From NCBI RefSeq assembly GCF_000281045.1, contig NW_008246090.1, positions 147,562-187,831 of the forward strand: a DNA stretch of 40,270 nt. Direction: 5' to 3'. The notes below the pieces were generated by a model that did not search any database, was not told where the DNA came from, and worked only from the letters and a program-made list of their open reading frames with translations. The position numbers and the translations under genes were made by a program. Of this stretch, positions 26,126 to 36,707 are shown piece after piece. The DNA is from Saprolegnia diclina VS20. Taxonomy: Eukaryota. Position 1 is the first letter of the stretch. Every line of letters begins with the position of its first letter.

Positions 26126-26334
26126 GAAAGGCCGCACGTTGGCTGTTGCCGTCTGAAACGGCGCCACTCAAACCGGTTCACTTTCTCACAAACAAATCCA
26201 CCCTCAAAAGAGCAGAGTGAACTGACTATATATACTTGTAGCGTGCAAACTCGGATTTAACGAATTCTTCAAGCGCATTGAGTTTAGATTGTGTTCTCCG
26301 AGAAAATGGGAAATCGAGTATTCGACTTGGTTGA

Positions 26335-27470
26335 TCACGAGGATGGCGCGTCGATCTTGCCGAGAAGATGGTCGACAACGTCGCCAATAGCAGTTGAAAG
26401 GAGAGCGTACGGCGCCAACATGCAGACACGGGGCAACACACCGCGAAAGAACGCACGGCCACCTTCTGCTTTGTGGATCTGGCGCGCAGCGTCCCAGAAC
26501 CCTTTGTACTGAAGGGCCAAGGGCTGCTGAGCCATGGGTACTGTCGAGAGCGTTTGCGTCTGGAGTCGCGTGCGAATCACATCCATCGGNNNNNNNNNNN
26601 NNNNNNNNNNNNNNNNNNNNNNNNNNNNNNNNNNNNNNNNNNNNNNNNNNNNNNNNNNNNNNNNNNNNNNNNNNNNNNNNNNNNNNNNNNNNNNNNNNNN
26701 NNNNNNNNNNNNNNNNNNNNNNNNNNNNNNNNNNNNNNNNNNNNNNNNNNNNNNNNNNNNNNNNNNNNNNNNNNNNNNNNNNNNNNNNNNNNNNNNNNNN
26801 NNNNNNNNNNNNNNNNNNNNNNNNNNNNNNNNNNNNNNNNNNNNNNNNNNNNNNNNNNNNNNNNNNNNNNNNNNNNNNNNNNNNNNNNNNNNNNNNNNNN
26901 NNNNNNNNNNNNNNNNNNNNNNNNNNNNNNNNNNNNNNNNNNNNNNNNNNNNNNNNNNNNNNNNNNNNNNNNNNNNNNNNNNNNNNNNNNNNNNNNNNNN
27001 NNNNNNNNNNNNNNNNNNNNNNNNNNNNNNNNNNNNNNNNNNNNNNNNNNNNNNNNNNNNNNNNNNNNNNNNNNNNNNNNNNNNNNNNNNNNNNNNNNNN
27101 NNNNNNNNNNNNNNNNNNNNNNNNNNNNNNNNNNNNNNNNNNNNNNNNNNNNNNNNNNNNNNNNNNNNNNNNNNNNNNNNNNNNNNNNNNNNNNNNNNNN
27201 NNNNNNNNNNNNNNNNNNNNNNNNNNNNNNNNNNNNNNNNNNNNNNNNNNNNNNNNNNNNNNNNNNNNNNNNNNNNNNNNNNNNNNNNNNNNNNNNNNNN
27301 NNNNNNNNNNNNNNNNNNNNNNNNNNNNNNNNNNNNNNNNNNNNNNNNNNNNNNNNNNNNNNNNNNNNNNNNNNNNNNNNNNNNNNNNNNNNNNNNNNNN
27401 NNNNNNNNNNNNNNNNNNNNNNNNNNNNNNNNNGCGTCCACACCTCGGCGCTTGTATCGACGTCTGCCAT
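26335..27470 (-). CDS. Mitochondrial carrier (SLC25 family); middle hidden in the assembly gap
   Basis: PMDVIRTRLQ (Px[DE]xx[KR]xR signature) and YKGFWDAARQIHKAEGGRAFFRGVLPR. Probable start MADVDTSAEVW at 27470. Confidence 0.8.
26590..27433. other. Assembly gap, 844 N
   Basis: Run of N characters. Confidence 1.
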
Positions 27471-27895
27471 GGCCAGTTGGTTTGTGCCTGCTGTTCGACT
27501 GACGTACAAGACACACATTCTCTCAAATGGAGGCAAAGTGATGGTAGTAGACACCTCGCTGGCCAATCAACGCTCCGCCGTCTGCTGTGTCGCCACGATC
27601 TGCACAGAAATGAGCCACAGACCCCTTGCGACCGAGAAGAGTGAGCGATCCACACATACAAGCACGTGCTGCTCATGGAGCTAGCGGCCATTGGAAGGGC
27701 TGGCCACTGGCACGAAAAGTCGCAAGAGGCCGCGCTGCAGGATTTTTGTCGACGTTGTGGGCGTGCGTTAGTGGTGTTCTCGAGTGCTACGACACAGCAA
27801 CAATCCCTCGAGTGGTGCCAACGACGCCTCCCAATCCCAACGAGAAGACCCATTGTCAAAATGGCAGAATATACTGCAGAATACTTGTACTGCAA

Positions 27896-27935
27896 ACTAG
27901 TAGTAGTAGTGAGGACTAGTACTAGTACTAGTAGT
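27896..27935. repeat. Low-complexity (TAG)n/(ACTAGT)n tract
   Basis: actagtagtagtagtgaggactagtactagtactagtagt. Confidence 0.7.
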
Positions 27936-28187
27936 ATGACCAAATTTCCCACTCTCATGCCACCGCACGATCGGGACGATGGGTCGACGACATGCATGAC
28001 AAATATGTACACGCTGGACAACGTTGTCGCGGCGGTGGCGTCGTAGCGGTGCCGCTGTATCGGCATTGAGATTGTGTGGGCGTTCAGAAAGGCGCCAATC
28101 GTGTGCCGCATTGGATTGGACGAAAACCCCTTGGTTAATGGCCAATGAGATTTGACGCAATACCTTCGGGATCTTGGCCAAGCGACG

Positions 28188-29774
28188 ATGACGTCGTACG
28201 CAGCATGGGAGAAGTACGATGTTGAGAAGGTCATGCAGCAGATGGAAGAGGAAGAGAAGAAGGAGCGCCAGCAGATCCAAGCGCAAGACTACGAGAAGAA
28301 GAAGGTACATGTCGTCGCGGACGCAGGCGACTCGGCCGAGGTACTGGCGACCAAGGCGGCGCTTGCGGCGCTCAAGGCCAAGAAGGCCGCTGCGCGCGCA
28401 CCTCGTGCTGGGCCGTCGCCGCCCGCTTCCTTCAACCAAGTGCAAGAGCTCGAGCGACAGGCGTCGCTCCTGCAGCGCAAAAGCGTCGCGATCCAAACGG
28501 CCATGACGGCCCGAGGCAAAGCCGATGCGCTGCTCAAGAAGGGTCATGCGGCCGCCGCCATTGACGAGTACAAGCACGTTCTCAGCGCCATGGACGACCT
28601 CGATGGCATCATTCCGCAGCTGCAGCTCTCCGAAGAGGTTCTCGAGGCCAACAAACCAGTCGAGAAGGAGGCGTGCACGGACCACCACGACTGCTCGTGC
28701 CACGAGCCCGAGAAGTCCGCGCCGGTCGTCGTCCAGCCGCTGCCCAAGAGCAGCGATCTCAAGGGCATTGCGCACATGCTTCGTATCGACGCGCTTCTCG
28801 GCCTTGGCAAGTGCGAGCTCGAGCGCTGCCACTTTGGCGCTGCCTCGGAGCATCTCAAGCTCGCACTGCTCCAAGATGGCAACCACCTCGGTGCTTGGCG
28901 CCTCCGTGGCACCGCGTTCATGTCGATGGGTACGCTCTCTTCTCCGCGGCGTCAGCCGATCTTAAGTGTGCGTTTAGGGGCGACGTTGATCGGCATGTTG
29001 CATCTGAACAAGGTCGTGCTCTTGGTTCGATGACTTGTTGCTCTTCTTAGCGAGCTTGGTGCCATGACATGTCGTATCGGTAGGAAGGGTCCGACTCGGG
29101 CGATGGCAGCAAGCAGCTTGCCGAGGTCGAAGACGAACTCGTTCAGGATGTCGTCAGCGAAGGTCCGTGGAACTCTCCACCTCGCAACAAAGCGTCACCG
29201 TGGGTGGTAGACGAAGTGTATTCGGCAGCGATGCAGTACCTCCAGCGTCCGACGCACAAGGAGACGATCGAGCGCATGGTCTTGCTGCGTGAAGAAGCCG
29301 ATGTGATCATGCTCGAGGGCTTCTACGCCTACTCAAACCAAAAGTACCAGGCCATTTTGGACACGCTCGAGGCGCTGCCGTGGTCGCACCCCGCGCTTCT
29401 TGACGTACGTTGTCCCTTCATGTACACGACATCGACCTTCTCTTTTTTAGCTTGGCTGCGCCTGCCACGCGAGTATTGCTGGCGGGCTCTTTGAGGTGAA
29501 GAAGCAGTTTCCGCTTGCGATTCGGCACTGCGAGGCTCTCTTGATGCACCAGCCTCTTCACACAGCGACGATATACCGTCTCGGGCAGTGCTATCGCCAG
29601 ACAAGTCAGTTTGAACTCGCGGCCACGATGCTGCAACGGGCACTGGCGTCGCTCGACCCCGCGTCGCCGGGCCGACGGTTGGTGCTGGACGAGCTCGAAC
29701 GCAATGCATTTGATCGATCGGAGCTCGACATCGAGTACATAAAGCGGGTCGAGGGCCAGAGCTCCGAGCCTTAA
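28188..29774 (+). CDS. TPR-repeat protein with N-terminal YAAWEKYDVE motif (co-chaperone-like), multi-exon
   Basis: TPR helices ARGKADALLKKGHAAAAIDEY, ALLGLGKCELERCHFGAASEHL, AWRLRGTAF, IYRLGQCYRQTSQFELAATML; CCAAT boxes at 28095-28146. Confidence 0.8.
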
Positions 29775-30197
29775 CGTGCATTTGTATGCGTGACTGTCGC
29801 TCTTGAGCAAGTGCGATGGAGAAACATCAACAATGTTTTGACCATTTCCAAGTCCTTTCCCATGTAAAACCAGTTTCAGCAAATTGCTCATTTACGAGAT
29901 TCTCGGGTCTAGCGCCGCAGTCCGAGTCCAAGGTTGGCTGTAGACCTTAGACGAGGTCGCAGAGCGATGCCGTAAGGTTACTACGGCCGATTCGGCTGCT
30001 CGCCTCGCCCGAGGATCTCTTCTTGTCGTGTGGAGGTAAAGCGATCGAGGCGTGGAGGTACGTACACTACCTTCCACTCGCATGGCTTCCATGTGGCCAG
30101 TATGTGCATCCGATGGCTATGCGCAGATGCAACACGCTTTGTCGTCCTAGCGTCTGGATAGCATTTTGCTATATGATAGCAAAGGACGCTGGCTACA

Positions 30198-31500
30198 CTA
30201 CCGGTAGTCTTCGTGGCGAGAATCTTCTCGATCAAAGTTGATCCACGCCTCGTCTGGCCGTCGTTCGACCACCGCTTCGCACTCGACGTCGCCTTCGTTG
30301 GTGGGCTGTTCGTCGTTGCCATCGGCGGGCTGTTCGTCGTCGTCTTTTGCGCCACGGTCCACACCGAGTGTGTTGACAACGTCGACGACGCCCTCCCGGT
30401 AGACGCAGCGACCGAGTGCAGTGACGATCGCAAGGACCCCTTCTTTTGTGAGAAGGTTGGCACAGAGGCCGGTCAACTTCAAGTGGCATGTCGCGTGCAC
30501 GCTTTGGCTCAGCGCGATCGCGCCGTCGACACCAATCGCGTTCTTCTCGAGGCTCAAGGCGTTCAGATGACGCAAACGCGGTACTCAGGCAGAGATCCTT
30601 CAGCGACGGGCACTGAGGCACGACCTGCGCGAACTTCGTGGCGGTACAGTCGCCGAGCTCTTGGTGCATCAAATGAAAGGACTGCAGCGAGGGACAGTGC
30701 GGCAGCACGGACGCCACGGCGATGGCCGCGCTGTCATCGAGGCGATGCGACGTCAATCGAGCCAACGTGAGCTGCGGAAGCAGCAGCGCAAAATGCGTCA
30801 CGCAAGCCCAACGAGAGCATGATATTGGACACCTCGCACGAGTGAAGCGAGCGCAAATGACCAAAGCTTCAAACAAAAGCGAGCGTCGCTTCAGGGAACG
30901 GGTTTACCATCACGTCGTTAAAGCTGAGAGCCACGGGTCGGAGGTGCGAGGACGCAATGGCCGAGGCAATCACAGGCAAGTACTCTTGATGAAGATCTAC
31001 GAGATATGCCGAGACCAACTGCGACGCCAGCACTTGGATGGTCTTGAAAAAGCGCCGCGCGAGCGTCCCATCCTCGATCCGGGCTTCGACGAGGGTGCGG
31101 GACGCTGCGATGGCGATGCTCAGACGCGACGCGCGACATCCGTCATGCTACAGCACTGGACCTCGAGGATCTTGAGCGACCCGGTGCGCAGCCACGAGAC
31201 CACTGCTGCGACGGCAGCCTCGGATCACTCGTTCTCGCCGTGTTCGATAATCGTGGCGTGTCGAATCGGCTTTGACGTGAGCGCTCGGAGGATGGAAAGA
31301 GGTTACAAGTAGCGCGATCGTTCAGCATCAAGGGGACCTCCTGTAGCGCCGGTAGCGTCCGAAGCAGCGTGGCCAAAGTGGTTTGGGACGTGAGAAGCCA
31401 CTCGAGAGGGTCGAAGATGGCGATACCAAGGAGCTGGATTCGGTTAAAACACTGCGTCACAGCTGTCTCCGGCGTCGCGCACGGATAAGCGATGACATCG
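30198..31500 (-). pseudogene. RNI-like leucine-rich-repeat gene, C-terminal part, frameshifted
   Basis: LRR units (LDDSAAIAVASVLPHCPSLQSFHL, LGDCTATKFAQVVPQCPSLKDLCL, LSLEKNAIGVDGAIALS) lie in different frames. Frameshifts or stops near 31125, 30870 and 30575. 5' limit approximate. Confidence 0.7.
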
Positions 31501-31721
31501 CGTGCAAGAGGACACCGAAGAGCTGTGATAAGTCGTCGAAAAAAAGATGCAAAAATGACAGAAAATTCAATCAATCGATGGAAGTTTGTTGATACCAGGT
31601 CCTAGTGATACACCATTAAATAGCTGAGAGGCGTGGAAAGAGGTTGTCTTGTTGGTTACTAAAAAAACAGGGTCGTACTTTGTGAAATCGGAAATTAGAA
31701 ATACAAATCCCAAAAAAGTCA

Positions 31722-31792
31722 TGCGCCATCCGGGAATCGAACCCGGGGCATCTCGATGGCAACGAGATATTTTACCACTAAACCAATAGCGC
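31722..31792 (-). tRNA. tRNA-Gly, anticodon GCC
   Basis: GCGCTATTGGTTTAGTGGTAAAATATCTCGTTGCCATCGAGATGCCCCGGGTTCGATTCCCGGATGGCGCA folds into a full cloverleaf with A and B boxes; a T6 Pol III terminator follows at 31712-31717. Confidence 0.96.
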
Positions 31793-32229
31793 ACCGTTAC
31801 GACTCTTTCAGGAAATTAAAACCTATAATATTAAAAATTCACCCAAACACGCAAAAACCACGGCATTAGAATCTACCTTCGCTTTTTGCATAGTACTAGT
31901 ACACCACAACACCCCACACAAACTCACACACGCCATTCCCCCATGCTTCTCACTTCGATTTTATTTTATTTTTGTAACCACCTCACATGACCTCGAATAT
32001 TTCCACTATTTAAATATTTAAATGCTCGCCACCGCTATCATTCTTCTTGAATGATGCATCCATACGTCCGACTTCCACTCTTTTTGTCAGCTCCATGGGA
32101 GCCTCGCTAGTCATTTGACGTTGGAATTTTGAATAGAAATCATCCCTTGGCATCTCAAACGCAATAAAAATGACGCGCATAGCACTCGGAGCCTCTTCGA
32201 AGCGCAAAAAGGGTTGCAATGGGGATTGG

Positions 32230-32625
32230 GTACGTACGTCTCTTCGGGGAGCTTACCGGTACAATGGAGTGCGTCGGACCTCTCGGGGACTGAGGTACGA
32301 CGGCGCCAAGTCGACGCCGGAAATATCGAGCATAGACTACAAGGCCGTGGCCATCCAGGCGCGCAGCTCGGGGTCCGTGATCTCGTACGGCAGCTGAAGG
32401 CGCGGCCAAAGCTGCACGAAGCAAGGGTGGAACGCATCGCCCACCGGGACCACGAGGCGCGGGGTGTGCACAGCGCTTGCGCAACGCGGCCAATGGCTTC
32501 GTGAGCCACTCGGCTGGGAGCGCCTGCAGGAGCGAGAGCATATCCTTGGACGCCTTGACGAGCATGGCCACACGCTTGATGAGCTCGGGCATGAGGTCCA
32601 CTGTCGCTTTGGCTCGCTTGTCCAT
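32230..32625 (-). pseudogene. N-terminal part of an F-box-like/LRR family gene, frameshifted
   Basis: MDKRAKATVDLMPELIKRVAMLVKASKDMLSLLQALPAEWLTKPLAALR, then a frameshift to VQLWPRLQLP...MATAL*. The pattern resembles the expanded Saprolegnia LRR family (from recall, not a search). Confidence 0.6.
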
Positions 32626-32770
32626 CGTCAAAAATGGTGTGATTCTAGTGTGGTTGAACGTGCCTGCCCACTTTCCCGGTTTTGATTGGTACAAATTCCG
32701 AATGCTCCACCACAAGCCATGACGTGGCACTACGAAACGCCTCGCCACAGCGACGCCAGCCCGCCCATCA

Positions 32771-32966
32771 TCTCCGGCAGTGCTATCGCCAGACACGTCA
32801 GTTTGAACTAGCGGCCACGATGCTGCAACGTGCACTGATGTCGCTCGACGCCGCGTCGCCGGGCCGACGGTTGATACTGGAAGAGATCGAACGCAATGCA
32901 TTTGATCGATCAGAGCTCGAGGACGAGTACATTAAGCAGGTCGGGGTTCCAAACCCCGAGTCTTAA
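32771..32966 (+). repeat. Diverged direct copy of the TPR gene 3' end (29579-29774)
   Basis: Ungapped 196-nt alignment with 25 mismatches by hand count (~87%). Weaker similarity extends ~45 nt upstream and ~25 nt downstream. Confidence 0.95.
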
Positions 32967-34024
32967 AGAGCCTTTGTGTACTTGGCTGCGGATTCCGCTG
33001 GACGCACGCCCTTCATCGGACACGTGGCGTGGAAGTGCACCTCGACCTTGCAGTAGCGGCAGACTTCGGGACACGCCTTGGCTTCGTGGCCGCGCGTGTC
33101 GCAGTTGTAGCACTTTTTTGCCGGCTAAACATCATATACGATAACGCAAGGGTGTATGAGAACAGGAGGACGTACCCAGCCGGGGAGCACACCGGTCGCA
33201 ACATCTTCAGCGACCTTGCGTTTGTGGGCCTCTCGGTTCTCCCGCTTGCGCTTCTGACCCTGCTCCTTCTGGCAGCGGAGGAGACGCTGGCGCTCCTTCT
33301 CGGCTTCGCTCATCGGCGCTCGGTCGAGCTGGCGGTTCGGGTCCGATTTGTGCGTCTCGAGGATCGTGTCGTGCACGAGGTTGAAGTAGTACAAGATCTC
33401 CGAGACGTCGTCGGTGGACGTCAGCGCCAAGTTGCGCGCGTGCATCGCCGCCGTGTACTCTTCGAGCATCAAGTAGACAGCTACGGCATCGCGTGAGCAT
33501 ATGCAGACAGGTAGGAAGCGTGTACCTTCGATCGTCGAGACACAACCGTCACCGCTCGAGTGGTAGCGCCAAAACTTGCTGTGGAGCGGCGGCTTGGCGA
33601 GCTTGACAGCGCGGAGGTGTGAGAGGCTCTTGTCGTTCAAGATTGCAGGGCCTTTCTGCCACGGACAGTCGATGAAGATGAGCGTCTCGAGCTGATCGAG
33701 GTCCTCGAGCTCGTCCAGCACAAGCGCGTCGTTGGACGGGTAGACGATGACGGCCTTGGATGGATCGTACACTGGCGATGCGCCGTCTTTGTATGGGAAT
33801 GGGATGATGTGAATGTCATCAGGCGCTACGACCTTGCCCTGCGGCGCCGTGCTCTTCTTGATCTTGTCGTGGAAGATGACGTCGACGGTGACCGGGAGCT
33901 TGATGCGCGGAACGTCAACATCGGACGGCGCGCCAAGGCTGAGAAAGCACGTCGCGCAGTAGAACTTGCTACTCTTCTTGCAAGTCGGGCAGACCTCGCG
34001 CGTCCAGCCGGCCACTGCCGCCAT
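32963..34024 (-). CDS. DTW-domain protein (DTWD1-like tRNA aminocarboxypropyltransferase) with two C-terminal CCHC zinc knuckles; introns 33481-33525 and 33125-33175
   Basis: CPTCKKSSKFYCATC, LIFIDCPWQK, FWRY, STIEA. The last exon, missed by the ORF track, reads PAKKCYNCDTRGHEAKACPEVCRYCKVEVHFHATCPMKGVRPAESAAKYTKAL*. Confidence 0.85.
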
Positions 34025-34317
34025 GCTGCCAATTGAAACTGAACCATCCGGATCCGGGTCCTTACACTATTTACATCGCTGCTCGATGGCCTCGGCCAGC
34101 TCTCAGCAAGGCCTGCATCTTGCGACGATGTGTCAACGCAATTATGCTTTACCCAAGACGTGCCATACAACGTAGGTGCAGCATTGTGCCACAACGACGA
34201 TCGAAGTGTCGTAACTCATGCATACCGCGCAAAGTTCAATTGTACACTAAACATACTTAACGGATATAGTCTGCAGAAAGGCCAGCCCAAGTGCAAACTC
34301 CATTTCGAAGCGGCAGC

Positions 34318-35166
34318 ATGTCGGGCGAGAAGACCATCTACTTTGTGCGCCATGGCGAGTCGACCTTTAACGAGTGGCGAACGCGCAGCCTCTGGACCTT
34401 CTCGTGGATCTTTGTCAAGGACCCAATGATCATCGACGCTCCGCTGAGCCCGAAGGGCGAGCTGCAGGTGCGAGACTGCCTCGTCGAGCCCCGACTGAGC
34501 TGGGCACTAGGTACAGCAGCTCCATAACGAGATCCTGCAAAAGAAGCTCCACGAATCCATTCAACTTGTACGGTTGAAGGTATCTACATTGCTCTCAAGT
34601 TGGTCGTAGGTCATCACAAGCCCTCTGACGCGTGCGATTCAGACGGCGCTTGGCGGCTTTGAAGGCAGCAGCATTCCGTTCCAAGGTTCCATCGTCCTCG
34701 TGCTCAGCTAATTAATGGTTTGCTTGTGTAGTTCACGCGAGCTGCCGCGAGATGCTCGACACCGCCTGTGACATTGGTCGCCAGCCATCGGGTGGGCTTG
34801 CACTAGTCGGTTGTGTGGCAGAGTCTCACGCATGCCATAGAGTTGGCAGAGGCATTCATGGGAAAATGCGTTGACTTTACGAGTCTGCGCGATTATTGGT
34901 GGCTGCCGACACCTCCGGCGACACCAATGCCGACGCCGACGACGCCCAAGGACGTAGCGCCGCTTCGCGAGACGTCGACGGAAGTTAATCGCCGCATTTT
35001 GGAGCTGCTGCGTCATCTGAACGAGCTGCCTGAGATGCACATTGCCGTCGTGTGCCACAGTAGCTTCATCAAGCGTGCGACCAAGGCCTCTCGGAAGCTC
35101 GCCAACTGCGAGATGCACGCGATTTCACTGCGGGAATTGCAGCGTCTCCATGCCCCATCGGCGTAG
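34318..35166 (+). CDS. Histidine phosphatase / phosphoglycerate-mutase family protein, 4 introns
   Basis: YFVRHGES, DAPLSPKG, VITSPLTRAIQT, CDIG, IAVVCHSSFI. Confidence 0.9.
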
Positions 35167-35592
35167 TCCATCGTATCAAGAGAACACGAGTGCTGGCGTA
35201 CACGACACCACAGCGTACTATCCGACGCCACTGCAGTAGTATCCGCATGGCTAAAGCTGCAAGTATATCACTGAGCCGCCGCGGCGGAGTTGCAGTTGGA
35301 AGCAGTGGTGGTTTCTATGGATGAGAAAATGATATTCCGTGCGTACCGGTGCGATACCATAACATTAGCATGTCTACGCTAGTCGTTTTTCTAAAGTAGC
35401 TACTATTGTGTTAGCCTTATGAATACCCTGGCTTGATGCCGTTGACGCATGAAAGGTTGTCGCCAAACGATTTCACATCCGGATATCGTGATCCGGATAC
35501 GCACATGCAGCACAGCGGAGTGATGGTACAGACCAGCATTCTCGGCTGGTGTACCGTGGGCGTCCTTTCTCCACCATTCCCGGAACCTCGCG

Positions 35593-36360
35593 ATGCTGCT
35601 GCGAACGCTTCAGCGCGCCTCGACCGTGCGTCTGGCGTCTACTGCACCGCTGCGCCCGAGCCTCGCCAGCGCGCAGACGACCGTGCGCTACATCTTCTCG
35701 TCGTCGGCGACGAAGAAGGACCCGTACAACCTGCTCAACGTGCCTCGGACCGCGACGGCCAAGGACATCAAGCTCGCCTACTTTCGCGAAGCTAAAAAGT
35801 GCCATCCCGATCTCAACCCAAACGACAAGCAAGCGGCCAACAAGTTTCGCGGCCTCACTGAAGCGTACGAGATCCTGAGCGACCCGACACGGCGCGCCGA
35901 GCTCGACAGCGCCGGCAGTTCGTCGCGCTTTTGGCAGCAGACGTCGTCGCCGCCGCCACCGCACCATGAAGAAGAGGTCTTTAGCTCCGTGCTGGGCGAT
36001 GCGACGATCGTCAAGGACGCATTCCAGCTGTATGTGCGTGATCTCCACGGCGAGTTTGTGTTTGCGCGCGAGTCGGCGGCGCGCGGCGAGTGGCGCAACG
36101 TGTGGCAGGTAGTCGTCGAGCGCAAGGGCCTCGTCTTTGGCGTGCTCATGCCCATTGCGCTCTTCGTGCGCTTCCCGGCGGTCATCCCGTGGATCGGCCG
36201 CGGCCTCGTGCTCGGTGGCGAGCTCCTCATAGGGGCACTCGCCTACTCGCCGGCGTTGCGGCGGGCTTCGGGCTGGCTCTGGCGGCGCATCGTCCAGCTC
36301 TCGCGCGACCGCAAGGCGCGCAAGCCCACGCCGCGGCAGTCGCGCCGACGCAAATCTTAG
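35593..36360 (+). CDS. J-domain (DnaJ class C) protein, probably mitochondrial membrane
   Basis: Arg/Ser/Thr-rich presequence, DPYNLLNV, KKCHPDLN, EAYEILSDPTRR, hydrophobic C-terminal segments. Confidence 0.9.
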   Translation: MLLRTLQRASTVRLASTAPLRPSLASAQTTVRYIFSSSATKKDPYNLLNVPRTATAKDIKLAYFREAKKCHPDLNPNDKQAANKFRGLTEAYEILSDPTRRAELDSAGSSSRFWQQTSSPPPPHHEEEVFSSVLGDATIVKDAFQLYVRDLHGEFVFARESAARGEWRNVWQVVVERKGLVFGVLMPIALFVRFPAVIPWIGRGLVLGGELLIGALAYSPALRRASGWLWRRIVQLSRDRKARKPTPRQSRRRKS

Positions 36361-36707
36361 ATACTCGTATTCCCATGACTCTATATCGTATACCATTTTT
36401 CGCGTTTGCAATCGAGGATTGGTGGAGCGGCGGGTGCGCCCGGTCAAGCATTCGCCAATGAGCAATTGAAGACAGGCCTGCCGGTCGTGGCCACAGCGTC
36501 GCCGCGACTCCCAGGCACCGACCCCGATGAATGTCAGCGACCGTGAAGAGCGCCCACGAGCACCAACTAGCTGCCGGTTCCTCTCGTGCCAACGAGCGCG
36601 CACAAGCTTGTGTGCGCCCATGTGCCAAAGAGGTCCCGCACGAACGACTGCGTGATGAAGAGACTTAGAATGAGAGTATTTTATGTAACATAGACGTGAA
36701 TGGTCAT

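Noticed and set aside
26204..28234. Long ORFs crossing the N run
   Set aside because: Artefacts of translating Ns; only the carrier fragments are interpretable.
32771..32966. Purifying selection on the orphan TPR tail
   Set aside because: Only about 4-5 of the 25 differences are synonymous, which is close to neutral expectation.
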